Assembly (NCBI GenBank): GCA_028824575.1
Contig: JAPPDN010000059.1
Location: 1 to 41,513, forward strand
Source: Candidatus Poribacteria bacterium
Lineage (GTDB): Bacteria; Poribacteria; WGA-4E; WGA-3G
Reading direction: 5' to 3'
Length of the DNA: 41,513 nucleotides
Shown here in pieces: positions 17,301 through 26,260 of this stretch. The notes below the pieces were generated by a model. It did no database searches and was not told where the DNA came from. It was given only the letters and a program-made list of their open reading frames with translations. Position 1 is the stretch's first letter. Each line of letters starts with the position of its first letter. The position numbers and the translations under genes are program-made.

Positions 17301-19544
17301 CGCTTTCAGGGTCAATCCCGTTGTGTGAACGTCTGCAGCCGACCCCTTCGGGATCATCGCTCCAAACGTGTCTTCCACCGTATAGCGTCCCTCCGCAACG
17401 GAAACCTCCTGCCCCTCTTCATCGGCAGCGGTGAGCTCCAGTAGCTTCGGCACACCCGCTACTGTCTCGGAGACCTGTAGGTTCTTTAAAACATAACTCG
17501 AATCTATGCACTGTAAACCGACCCTGCCTACGCCTAACCGGTCATCCACTTCAAAGATAACGCCTTTAAAAATTTCTTTCGACTGGACGCTCCCATCGGG
17601 TAACCGGAGGTTCACACACACTATCACCTCGTTGAGATATCCGCTCTCGTTGAGCGAATGCGTCTTCCAAAACGAGTCCGGGTTCGTTTCATTGAAATAC
17701 CCGCCGTTCTCGGAATCGCTACGCAGTGTCACCACGCACCGTCCACGCGTGAACTGGTTCAGCCGCACCCAGTCCAAGTTGTTGCTTATCTCCGGGAGGT
17801 TCTCGCCATCGAGGTGTGCCGTTACGTCTATCCCCTCGATAAATACTTCATACCCCTGAACGTCCGTTATGGATACCAATTCCGGTTCCGATAGCACGGT
17901 TACCCCAAACGCTGCGTCCGCAAAGAATCCCCGTCGCGTTCCCGCCCGCAACGATACTTGATGGGTAACCGTGATGCCTGACCCCGATGCTACTCGTAGC
18001 ACACTGTCGTTTACCAATTCTAAGCCTTCAGGCACCGTCGACCCATACACCCATTCTACGAAATCCGCGCCCTCAACATACTCCAAAAGGTTCACTTCTT
18101 GTGCAGCAGCGAGCGTCATTGTAGATATTTCTTTCCAGACAGGGACCCCTACCCCCGTGACACTCACATAGAAGCCACAGGCGTTCTGCAAAGACCCCCC
18201 GACGCTGTTGATGCCCCGCAATTGCACATACCCCGCACCGTCAACAGGCGCGTCCTCCGAAATCACCAAATACCGGTTCCCTTCTATGGATAACCAGTCC
18301 GGTTTCTCGGAACCGACATCGAACACCACGTCCGTCGCGTTGTGCATGAACTTGAATAGGTCTAACCGTTCTCCTGGGGCAACCTCCTGCGGATAGATCG
18401 CACCAATAGGCTGCGGCAACGTCCATACTGAGACATCAAGAAACTGTAAATCGCCACGCGTATTATACCGAAACAGCCACCCTCGAAAATAAAACAGAGA
18501 CAGCGGGGCGTAGGTGATGAATTCTTTCGCCATCGGTATCCGCCGGCCCGGCACCAATTCGTATGTATCATCGTAGACATGGATGTAATGATCGCCTGTC
18601 GTCCGCTCTTCAATAAACACCGCATTGAGACCGCTTGCCAGATACCACGTCACCTTATCGTCCAGGGGTTCCGCATGTTCCCCATCTGAAAGCGATACGG
18701 TTTCCAACGGTGTCGTTTCTAAATCCATCTCTTCCGCAATGCCCACATGGACGGTTTCTATCGGGAGTTCCGTGATTTGAGTCGTACCTGTTTGGACAAC
18801 TAAGAGCCGCCCATCTTCTGTCAACGTCCACGACCGATTCGCTGTGCTTGGGAGAATGTCCGCGGATTCCCAGACCGATATTCCATCTTTGTAGAGGATG
18901 AGTTTCCGGTTTGAAGCCGTGAGAAACGTTTCCGCATTGAATCGTAGCGTCACGGTGTTTTGTCCGCTGCCTGGTGCTACGATTGCATCGCGTGCTGCTA
19001 CCCGGGTCCCATCCCAATTGTAGATATGGATATTCCGAGCATCCCGTAAGTAGATATGCTCGCTATCAATAGACACGATCTGATCATACGTCTGCAGATT
19101 AGCGTCATCAGGGATAGAATCCGCGTGAAACAGCGTATTCCACTCCGATTTCGGAAAATCATCGCTGTAGTGCACCGTCACCGCTGTTTCAGGATTACCC
19201 GCCGCGACCGTATCCTCAAGCACCCTGAGTGTCACCTGCCCCGCACCACCAGACCCTGGAAACCGCACGGTCGCCCCGTAGACGCATCCCTTTCCCGTCA
19301 GCGCACCCACAAACGACACCTCAGCCGAGATGTCAATGCCGGTGTCGTCTTCAGCCGTCAACACTACATTCGTCAGTGAGAAGTCCGGCACATTCGCATC
19401 AAACGCGAACAGCACCGCGACATCGTTTTTCTCTACGGGGTCCGGCGGATTCGCTTCCAGATCCACCTCCGTCAGATACAACGTGGGAGGGGTTTGTAAC
19501 CCCGAAGGTCTTGGAATGGTAAGGATTTGCAGTGTAGTTGCCAT
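14364..19544 (-). CDS. giant tail host-specificity / central fibre protein (gpJ/Tal position)
   Basis: 1726-aa ORF in the position after the tape measure and Dit-position genes. A C-terminal Ig-like (He_PIG-type) segment FTYAFSPALGKGLRFDPRTRTLSGTP...YVYTATDSEG. A repeated TDGAGTP..DGAG motif at the C-terminus. No obvious SD at ATG 19544. Confidence 0.8.
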   Translation of the reverse strand: MATTLQILTIPRPSGLQTPPTLYLTEVDLEANPPDPVEKNDVAVLFAFDANVPDFSLTNVVLTAEDDTGIDISAEVSFVGALTGKGCVYGATVRFPGSGGAGQVTLRVLEDTVAAGNPETAVTVHYSDDFPKSEWNTLFHADSIPDDANLQTYDQIVSIDSEHIYLRDARNIHIYNWDGTRVAARDAIVAPGSGQNTVTLRFNAETFLTASNRKLILYKDGISVWESADILPSTANRSWTLTEDGRLLVVQTGTTQITELPIETVHVGIAEEMDLETTPLETVSLSDGEHAEPLDDKVTWYLASGLNAVFIEERTTGDHYIHVYDDTYELVPGRRIPMAKEFITYAPLSLFYFRGWLFRYNTRGDLQFLDVSVWTLPQPIGAIYPQEVAPGERLDLFKFMHNATDVVFDVGSEKPDWLSIEGNRYLVISEDAPVDGAGYVQLRGINSVGGSLQNACGFYVSVTGVGVPVWKEISTMTLAAAQEVNLLEYVEGADFVEWVYGSTVPEGLELVNDSVLRVASGSGITVTHQVSLRAGTRRGFFADAAFGVTVLSEPELVSITDVQGYEVFIEGIDVTAHLDGENLPEISNNLDWVRLNQFTRGRCVVTLRSDSENGGYFNETNPDSFWKTHSLNESGYLNEVIVCVNLRLPDGSVQSKEIFKGVIFEVDDRLGVGRVGLQCIDSSYVLKNLQVSETVAGVPKLLELTAADEEGQEVSVAEGRYTVEDTFGAMIPKGSAADVHTTGLTLKAIQNAPEGVTEDDTAFMTESEVRTQGGYLSVSEDRTPIPVLVKTQTPHRYLSPQAAVEKLVKQEPVLLTVHAMEPEAIGETSHIRSNGNLAFPVERGRLLRYPVDWIVDAENGVFYYLLSNPVNYISDALVCYDVKKETHQVLYEFDPELSVVSFASSDFDTFAVIVTDATDFDRSVDPVSKVPQSVVLGYDASVSENTQIVSYQQSVHHYRVLIGKETDFRPQAGLHYWVGVSGLDYTWRGITRGVRGGFRYQGTDGSFVYRYAKGTAFGLARREPNGRVSALFTRNKDAYQNHLNFAFDVTDAGEVFFASVEGTDTTSTLTIEKWTDGTTETVFQRTELLSRFRAFDDTAGDAWLGVHEVLVDGHNIYLIVPVSRNGRDISTDAGVILYRYNQVTLQLQALATYDFVQYGPCMLTKHSEKSASVRESQTEGNDLRADSLANPDFSADGYIYFVESPAVSYLFEARNREVAFDASEAKGFLKRILMTGEIETLGNVYFDNNRAYGGQLPMRGISFDDDLHFVMGYGDPALIGQPESDASRPENWQWFSFGKKYRYKVPVLPTSGAISEVLTSLATTVGATVSIDKNILSLQNRRARGAFVAADVGVPDTEIGYAFANHAFPTMGYLLIGSELVRYTGRTATHFTGISRGELATPIVPHAADSLITFVHRPIEARNTMRSSEPYLEVTVSLDSDHLYNSIEEGSPVRSRVLDAASQSQFGSNPLQLALSTTEHELPWVEFISKQYLERFKDLAYLINVRVRAFYAVNLGEIVCFKYLADAPEVDGYLIAMQVMSVRTGSEFTTIRGRQVTPVVTPEVVRMADLTRHYLTTDGAGTPLLVDGAGKAPLYFGDALYFDVAPTFEVSELPKLTLVQYAEMMPVVLPAGMSPIGNPFTYAFSPALGKGLRFDPRTRTLSGTPVAVMAEMDYVYTATDSEGQVILLTQPIEVLPAVQAPLHITDGAGTPFFADGAGTLIRWHGF
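15962..16045. repeat. 84-bp three-way-junction palindromic element, copy 1 (in frame inside CDS)
   Basis: 12-bp closing stem CGGAAAAGTCGG/CCGACTTTTCCG; hairpin GATTTGCGAG-8nt-CTCGCAAATC; hairpin CTTCTGTT-11nt-AACAGAAG; 96 percent identical to 36402-36485. Confidence 0.9.
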
Positions 19545-19586
19545 GGGAATAGTTTATGGGACTTTCACATCTAAAGAAGTGGTTTT

Positions 19587-19701
19587 AAGTTATAAGTACG
19601 TTTCGCTGCGCTCCACTTTTGGTCGTTGGTTAAGAGGCTCTCTGTAACAACCCACCTCTTAACTTATAACCTACCACCAAAAGCGAACGGAGTGAGCGTA
19701 C
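19587..19701. repeat. palindromic intergenic repeat, GTTATAAG/GTTAAGAGG family
   Basis: AAGTTATAAGTACG...GTTAAGAGG (19629-19637) loop CCTCTTAAC (19655-19663) TTATAAC...GAGCGTAC; lies between the Dit-position gene and the giant tail gene. Confidence 0.75.
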
Positions 19702-19709
19702 TAACAACC

Positions 19710-20261
19710 CTACGGTGTTTTTAAATTGAAGATTAATTTGTGTCCGATAATTTTGCCACCTGTTACGCCTCCACTGCCTCTATTATAAGCAAAACGTGTA
19801 TCACTTATTTTCCAAATAAATGCATCGCTCGACCCCAAATCAAACCGTATTGCCGCCCCATTGCTGGGTTGCGTATTAAACCATAGAGGTTTTGAAATTG
19901 TCTGTGTGATAAGAAAGCTATGACCACCGGGGCCTTTTGTTGGGTAGTTCCCTCTACTGAATAGAAATGTAAAGGCAAAGTAATTATCGTTAAAATTATG
20001 GCGTGTTGTGCTTTCCTTTATATTCAAATCGAATTGCTGTGTTGATCCTGAAGCAAATTGGTCTGTTTTCTCAAAAAGCACCACATCTTCAGTCGCAAGT
20101 TGCAACGGGTTCACCGCTTGCAGTGCTTGGTGCAAAATTGCGAGCCCCAACTGCCGCGCTCTGCCTCGCGCCGTCCCATCGGAGATCGCACCCAGAATCG
20201 CATCCTCAAACTCTGCTGCCGATAAAATAGGTTCATCCTTCAAAGGTCGTTGCTGATTCAT
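19710..20261 (-). CDS. phage tail protein in the distal-tail-protein position (hypothetical)
   Basis: Start reassigned to MNQQRPLKDE (ATG 20261) with GAGGGGGA RBS; 183 aa; function inferred from synteny only. Confidence 0.6.
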   Translation of the reverse strand: MNQQRPLKDEPILSAAEFEDAILGAISDGTARGRARQLGLAILHQALQAVNPLQLATEDVVLFEKTDQFASGSTQQFDLNIKESTTRHNFNDNYFAFTFLFSRGNYPTKGPGGHSFLITQTISKPLWFNTQPSNGAAIRFDLGSSDAFIWKISDTRFAYNRGSGGVTGGKIIGHKLIFNLKTP

Positions 20262-20435
20262 TGTATCCCCCTCTTGTGAAAGTCCGTAAAGTGTTCTAAA
20301 ATCCGTAAAGTTAGAAAGTTGCCAGAGGTGTTTGGACATCCAAAGCATCTCTTGAAACTTTTCAACTTTAGCTACACTTCAAAACTTTAGCTACACTTCC
20401 TTATCTTCCCAACTTTAGTACACTTCAAAACTTTC
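20262..20435 (-). promoter_or_regulatory. conserved phage intergenic module, copy 1
   Basis: Plus strand carries AACTTTAG(C)TACACTTC three times (20364-20380, 20383-20399, 20411-20426), the palindrome CAGAGGTGTTTGGACATCCAAAGCATCTCTTG (20322-20354) and the block GTGAAAGTCCGTAAAGTGTTC (20276-20296). All are shared with 38877-39014. Confidence 0.6.
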
Positions 20436-23400
20436 TTATATATTGACCCGTTCATTGAGTTGCTCTGTCCGAGACTGTTGCTCCAACAGAATATTGTCGT
20501 TCAACGTCACAGGCACCGTAACCTCAATCGTTTGCGGTGATGTGGAAACGTTCCTACCGCCACCGCCTGGCATATTCACAACCCCACCAGACACATTCAC
20601 AGTGTCAGCCTCTATTGAAAGAGTGTCTACAGTGATTTCCTGCGCACCGCGGATCACGAGGCTTTGAATATCTGCTTCCCTTAATGCTGTTGAAAGGAGA
20701 CTGCCGAGCGCGTTCGGAACGTCCGCAAAATCTTCAAGTTTTGGGAGTGTTGCCGAGAATACCGCAATGCCCCGCCCAAACATTTCTGCGTTTGATGCGT
20801 TCGCGATGGCTGTTGCAGACTCGGTGGTAGCAGTGGTGGCGTTTGTCATCGCGGTGGTTGCTTCGGTTTCGGCTGTCGTCGCGTTCTGCTCAATCAACGG
20901 TGCCAATGCCGTTTCAATCGCTGTCGCCTGTAACACCGCTTGTGTTTCGATGTCCGCAGTCCGTTCAACCGTCCGTGCCTCCAAATCCGCTACCGATCGC
21001 TGGTTCTGCAGATACTCATCCAGCCCGCGCCGTCCAAACACCCGTTCAATAAAGTTCTCATCCGTCAACGCACCGCTTTCTAACTCCTGCCGATAGAAGT
21101 CGTATCCCGAACTCCCCGGTGTCAGGATACCGAACTCCGTTTGGAAGTCCTGTACATCCCGATCCCGCTGACGGTTCAGATCAAAAAGGTCCCGCTGATA
21201 CGTGCTATCCGATTCCAATTGCTGCCGCTGCGCCGCCGACAACTCCCCGAACTCCTCATCGAATAACCGCCGCGCCGTCTCTGTTTGTAAATCTTGGAGG
21301 TCGCGCTGATATTCCCGCTGGATTTCCTCTGCCGTCTGATTCCGATCCCGTTGTAAGTCGTCAAGGTCTTCATGGAACTGTTCTTCCAACGCAAGAAGAC
21401 GGTCCTTGTGATCTTCGTTCAATTTCTCAATCGCGTCTAAACGGTCTGCCTCGTTCTCTATCTGGGCATCGCGCACTTCTTCAATCTCATCTTGCCGACG
21501 TGCCTCACGTGCGATCGCATCTTCGCGGAGTCGCTCTATCTCGGCTTGCGCACTCTCTTCGTCTCGGAGCCGATCCCGCGTAAACTGGTTCTGGGCGGTT
21601 GTCGCTCTACGTAATGCCTGTTCACGCAGCAACTGGTTGTCCTGGCGTAAGTTTTCCAGTTCCGTCTCTGATAACGCTAATTCATTGATACGTTTCAGCT
21701 CATTGTCATAAAAAGCATTGATCGCACGGATAAGGGTTCGCCTCGCATCTTCAAAGCCCCGTTCAGTCGTCGCACCTGTCAGATTGAAACGCGCCCGCGC
21801 AACCGCGTTTTCCAATAGGTTCGATTCAGGGGTATCTTCAAGACGCGTGCGTGGCGGTGCTACCTCTGCTGTAGGGGTATCTGTTGATACGGGGTCTTCC
21901 GTCGGGACTTCAGGGACCGGGATTCGGCGGACGGCTAATGCCGTGCCTTGTAGAAATCCTGAAGCCTCTGTAAATGCGTTCTCTAACGCAAAGCCGACAT
22001 CCTCGAGATTGGAAACCAACCGCAGGTTCGCATCAAAAAGCCGATCCGTGAACGCGTTGGTATACCGCGTCCGCGCATTCGCTAACGCATCCTCCGTGAA
22101 GATACCCACACCCGCTTCTATGAACGCTAATTGCTGATCCCGATACGCGGTTTCCGCCGCGCCGAGTCGCGTATACGCCGATGTGATGGTTTCCGCCGTG
22201 CTGTCTTCGCCTAATAAACGGATGGCGTTCTCTGCAGACGTAATATCGCCTTGCAATGTGCGAAGGATGTCTCGCTGTTGTGCTGTGAATCGGAAAACCT
22301 CTGTCGGGGGTTCCTGTTCGAGAACTTGTGGTGTTTCCGTTGGCACGTCGTCCCCAATCGACTGCACAACCGCCTGCTCAGGTGCCTGAACGTCAACAAT
22401 CTCTTCAGGAATCCGTTGCACCTGGAGTGCCGCCCCTGAAAGGACGCCCGACATGTTCTGGATCGCCGTCACTAACTGGAATCCAACGGCTTCCAAAGCA
22501 TCTAAGAGCTCACCGTTCGCCGCTTCAATCTCGTTACCAAACCGCTGACCTGATAGTGTCAACGCACGCTGTCTCGCGTCTTCTGTGATGTTTGTCGCGT
22601 TCGTGATGAAAGCAACGATTTGCGTCTGGACTGCCGCCTGCGCAGTCGCTAAATCCGTGTAGGCACTGGTAATCTCTTGGGGCGTGCTGGTGGCATCGAG
22701 GTCATCCACAACGCCCTGTGCGATCGCGACGGTTTCCTCAAGGGGCGCTAACACCCGCCGCTGTTCCGGTGAAAGCCTGAAAATGTTTTCGAGTGCCTCG
22801 GTCGCCGCCGTTACCGTCTCTTCAACCACCGTGCCGACATCCGCAACAACATCCGCAACGCCCGTCCCTTGGGCTGCTGCGACTTCCGCCTCATACGCCG
22901 TTTCACCATACTGCGCTCGGGCGACATCTTCTATCGCTTGTCTGTCCGTGCCAGTGGATTCGGCAATCTGACGCGCAGTCCGCTCGCCGCTTTGTCCCTC
23001 GCTTTGCAGCTGACGGATGGTGTTTAATTGCTCGTTCCGCGCGTCGTTGAGCTCCTGGATGACATCAAATTGTTGGGTGCCGAACAACGCATTGAAGATG
23101 TTTATCGCTTCCTGCTGTGCATCAAAAAATTGGTTCGTCGCATGCAGTGCCCTGTTCCTGAAATGGTCGACATTCTCACCCGTGGCAAGCGAATCTTCAT
23201 AATCCGATACCGCGGCGTTCATCGCTTGCTGCAATTGCGTGGCGATCGGGTCAAAGATGTTCCGAAGATGTGTTTCGATGACATCTATATCCGTAATGCC
23301 GATCAGTTGCTCCAAAAGCGACTGGATAATCTGTCCATCGAAGTGCGTAGTCCCGTCAGCCGTCTCTTGCGCCGATCGAACTCCCCGCGCAAAATGCCTG

Positions 23401-26192
23401 ACGTTCGCCAATTCTGCCTGATTGTCCTCAAAAGCGTCCCGGTTGCGTGCCTCAAAGTCTCTGCGCGCCTGCCGCGCTTCTTCGCCTTGTCTGAAAATGT
23501 TATAGGGGAGTAGCACGGCTTGGGAAATGTCGCCTTGCGCAAACTTTGCGAGACTCTCGACGTTCTCCGCAACATCCGATAACGCACTGTCGGAATCAAA
23601 CGCAACATCCGCAAACGCCGTCGCAAGTTTACCTAATGCATCGATCGCCTCTCCGATCGGATCCTCTAAATCTCGAAACTTGTCACCCGCATCCGCCGTG
23701 CCGTCTGCAACTTCAGCCACGACTGTATCTAAACTCTCAAAAGCATGCTCGGTGAGTTCCGCGCCCTGTTTCGTTTCATCCAGTGCAGTCGTCAAGTCCT
23801 CAACAGCAGGGGTGGTCTCTCTGTCTACGATATCCGTAAAGTCGATATGACTTCTTTTTGACGTATCCAGGGCATCACTGTAATCGTAAAGCCGTGCCTC
23901 CGCTTGCCGAAAATCCGCAGTTCCTGTCTTGACTGTCTCGCTGACTTGGTTTAAAGGACCAAGCGCGGCGTCCGCCGCAACCGATGTCGCTTCCAACTCA
24001 GCAACATACGCCGCAAGCGGATCGTCTAACCCATCAAAGAACCCGGCAGTGTGCAACGCTTCTAACTCGGCTTGATGGTCGACCACCGAAACCGTCGCTA
24101 AGTCCACCGCTGTCGTGTATTCACCGACTTCACCCGCCGCAACCCGCCAGAAATCATCGAAACCTTCTAATTCTTGGTTGAGATTCTCAAATTCCCGGAT
24201 ATGCCGCTGCGCTGCTGAAATCACACCCAAATATTCTGTGAACGCAACCGCGGCAGTCTTGACGGCTGTTCCCTGTTCTTCTGTCGCGGCAGTCGTCGCA
24301 TCCGTCCCATCTTTCAGCGTGCCTAACCGGGATGTCGCCTTGTCGATCTCCGTGTTGAGTTCAGATTGACGATCTTTCGCGGCACCCAAGCGACGCTCAT
24401 ATTGCTCGATCGCGGGGTTCGTCTCACCGACTGCCGTGTCTTTCGCATTCTGGAGCAGCCCTTCATACCGTTCGACCTCCGCATTCGCACTCCGAAGCTC
24501 TGTCTGTAAGTCCAAAAGCCGCGCCTGCTGCTCCTGTGCTAACGACGCATTTTCACCTAACGCCGCCGATGCACCCCCGAACGCCATCTCAAGTTTCTCG
24601 ATCTCTGCCGTCAATTCCGGGACACGCGCACGTGCCGTTTCAAGCAGCCGCGCAAACTGTTCCGTTGACTGATTCGAGATACCGGCTGCCGATGCTTTCC
24701 GTAGCTCTTCCTCATACCTCGCGATATTCGCAGTCGTCTGCTCCAGTTCAGTTCGTAAGTCCTTGAGTCTCGCACGCCCCGCATCGCCTGCAGTCGCATG
24801 CTCTTCGAGTGCCGCCGTCGCTGATGCGACCGATTGCGTCAACCGATCCGTCGACTCGGACGCTTGGTCCCCCTCGTCGCGCCAGAACGCTATGAACTCT
24901 ACAGCCTCTGCCACCCCGCCGATGAAAGCCGTCAGATGCTCCGAAAGTTGTGCTATTCCTGCCCCAAGCACGCCTACGGCATACGCCGTCCCCTGTATCA
25001 AAGGATTCAAGAGATTCACCAGGGCACCCGCAAGTTCTAAGACTTCGGCTAACAATCCGCCAAGTGAATCTGCTAATGCACCAACAGGGGGTCCCAGTAT
25101 CCGAGTCAACGCACCCCCGAGCTCCAGCAACGCATCAAACAAGGACTGCGCACCCGCAACGATCTCCTGTATCGGTTCCGGTAACGTCGAAACGTCTTTC
25201 GTGCCAACACGAACCACATCCAAGAATTCCGATAACACACGCGCAGCATTCGTAACGGTCGGGAGGAACAGGTCCCCAATTGCCGCTTGGGTCAGCAGTA
25301 TCGAGTTCTGGAGTGTGTCCATTACAACGATATAACTGTCCGCGGGCGGCGCCTCAAAACGTCTGGATAACTCGTCAAACGTCGGAATCAACAGATCCCG
25401 GATGCTCCCGCCAACTCTCCGATATGCTGCATGCAAGCCCTCGATGTTCGCTTCTACACCGTGAACATCCGCCAATGTTTCGAGAAACGAAGGAATTTGT
25501 TGCACGATGGTGCGAAAATCTCTGAAATCGACTTTCCCCAGCTGCACTGCCTGGATTAACTGCTCCATCGCTAACGAAGCTGTCGACGCATTGCCACCCA
25601 AGGACACAATCGTCTGACCGACCGTCAACAGAATTTTGTCCGTGTCCTCCGCACCTAACCCCGCCGCACGGAGTCTATTGGAGTAACGCGTTAACGATTC
25701 AAAGTTCAACCCCGGCAAATTCGCAATCTCAATCAGAGACTCAAGCCGTTTCTCCGCTGCTTCCGAACTCCCTTCAATCTGTGTGATCGCCCGTGTGTAT
25801 TGCTCTAACCTACCCGCTGCTTGAATGCTTTCAATCCCGAAACGACCGATCTGCTGCGTAGCCACCGCAAACCCTAACGCCCCCAGCACGCTCCCCGCGC
25901 CACTCACTGAACGCGTAAATACGCCAACCCCCCGGTTCGCGAACCCGATCGCACCCGTGAGTTCTGTTGCCCCTCTGCCCGTGCGCCGAACCTGATTCCC
26001 AAGACTCCCGACTTCACGCGCAGTTTCACGCGCCTCGTCGCCCAGCTTGTCAACACCCGTCGCCGCGTTCGTCGCCGCGCCCTGCGTCTGACCCAATTGC
26101 TGGCGCAGCTCACGCACCTCACCTTGGAGTTGCTCGATCTCGGTGCGGGCTTTCCGCGAGTCAGCTGTGAATCGGATCCTAACGTCAGCCAT
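20436..26192 (-). CDS. tail tape measure protein
   Basis: 1918-aa ORF, highly helical and Ala/Glu/Gln-rich with coiled-coil segments. An N-terminal region resembles the phage minor tail/TMP core. Glycine-rich hydrophobic stretches. Canonical position between the chaperone candidate and the distal tail genes. Confidence 0.9.
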   Translation of the reverse strand: MADVRIRFTADSRKARTEIEQLQGEVRELRQQLGQTQGAATNAATGVDKLGDEARETAREVGSLGNQVRRTGRGATELTGAIGFANRGVGVFTRSVSGAGSVLGALGFAVATQQIGRFGIESIQAAGRLEQYTRAITQIEGSSEAAEKRLESLIEIANLPGLNFESLTRYSNRLRAAGLGAEDTDKILLTVGQTIVSLGGNASTASLAMEQLIQAVQLGKVDFRDFRTIVQQIPSFLETLADVHGVEANIEGLHAAYRRVGGSIRDLLIPTFDELSRRFEAPPADSYIVVMDTLQNSILLTQAAIGDLFLPTVTNAARVLSEFLDVVRVGTKDVSTLPEPIQEIVAGAQSLFDALLELGGALTRILGPPVGALADSLGGLLAEVLELAGALVNLLNPLIQGTAYAVGVLGAGIAQLSEHLTAFIGGVAEAVEFIAFWRDEGDQASESTDRLTQSVASATAALEEHATAGDAGRARLKDLRTELEQTTANIARYEEELRKASAAGISNQSTEQFARLLETARARVPELTAEIEKLEMAFGGASAALGENASLAQEQQARLLDLQTELRSANAEVERYEGLLQNAKDTAVGETNPAIEQYERRLGAAKDRQSELNTEIDKATSRLGTLKDGTDATTAATEEQGTAVKTAAVAFTEYLGVISAAQRHIREFENLNQELEGFDDFWRVAAGEVGEYTTAVDLATVSVVDHQAELEALHTAGFFDGLDDPLAAYVAELEATSVAADAALGPLNQVSETVKTGTADFRQAEARLYDYSDALDTSKRSHIDFTDIVDRETTPAVEDLTTALDETKQGAELTEHAFESLDTVVAEVADGTADAGDKFRDLEDPIGEAIDALGKLATAFADVAFDSDSALSDVAENVESLAKFAQGDISQAVLLPYNIFRQGEEARQARRDFEARNRDAFEDNQAELANVRHFARGVRSAQETADGTTHFDGQIIQSLLEQLIGITDIDVIETHLRNIFDPIATQLQQAMNAAVSDYEDSLATGENVDHFRNRALHATNQFFDAQQEAINIFNALFGTQQFDVIQELNDARNEQLNTIRQLQSEGQSGERTARQIAESTGTDRQAIEDVARAQYGETAYEAEVAAAQGTGVADVVADVGTVVEETVTAATEALENIFRLSPEQRRVLAPLEETVAIAQGVVDDLDATSTPQEITSAYTDLATAQAAVQTQIVAFITNATNITEDARQRALTLSGQRFGNEIEAANGELLDALEAVGFQLVTAIQNMSGVLSGAALQVQRIPEEIVDVQAPEQAVVQSIGDDVPTETPQVLEQEPPTEVFRFTAQQRDILRTLQGDITSAENAIRLLGEDSTAETITSAYTRLGAAETAYRDQQLAFIEAGVGIFTEDALANARTRYTNAFTDRLFDANLRLVSNLEDVGFALENAFTEASGFLQGTALAVRRIPVPEVPTEDPVSTDTPTAEVAPPRTRLEDTPESNLLENAVARARFNLTGATTERGFEDARRTLIRAINAFYDNELKRINELALSETELENLRQDNQLLREQALRRATTAQNQFTRDRLRDEESAQAEIERLREDAIAREARRQDEIEEVRDAQIENEADRLDAIEKLNEDHKDRLLALEEQFHEDLDDLQRDRNQTAEEIQREYQRDLQDLQTETARRLFDEEFGELSAAQRQQLESDSTYQRDLFDLNRQRDRDVQDFQTEFGILTPGSSGYDFYRQELESGALTDENFIERVFGRRGLDEYLQNQRSVADLEARTVERTADIETQAVLQATAIETALAPLIEQNATTAETEATTAMTNATTATTESATAIANASNAEMFGRGIAVFSATLPKLEDFADVPNALGSLLSTALREADIQSLVIRGAQEITVDTLSIEADTVNVSGGVVNMPGGGGRNVSTSPQTIEVTVPVTLNDNILLEQQSRTEQLNERVNI

Positions 26193-26260
26193 TTTGCGTT
26201 ACCTTATCCTTCTCTAATTGTGCTATACTTTTGGGAAAATTTTGATCACAAGGAGTTTCT

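Noticed and set aside
20364-20426. Possible mini CRISPR array (three 16-17-nt repeats)
   Set aside because: The repeats are too short, the spacers are only 2 to 11 nt, there are no cas genes, and the same motif recurs singly before the capsid gene. It fits a regulatory motif better.
20443-26170. Dozens of 60-190-aa plus-strand and off-frame ORFs inside the tape measure gene (for example 24763-25335 and 23028-23513)
   Set aside because: They are shadow ORFs typical of a long GC-rich gene: Ser/Ala/Arg/Pro-rich, without RBS, and all nested in a 1918-aa ORF with a coherent coiled-coil sequence. The same reasoning applies to the nested ORFs in 6032-10135, 14364-19544, 30828-32879 and 37515-38876.
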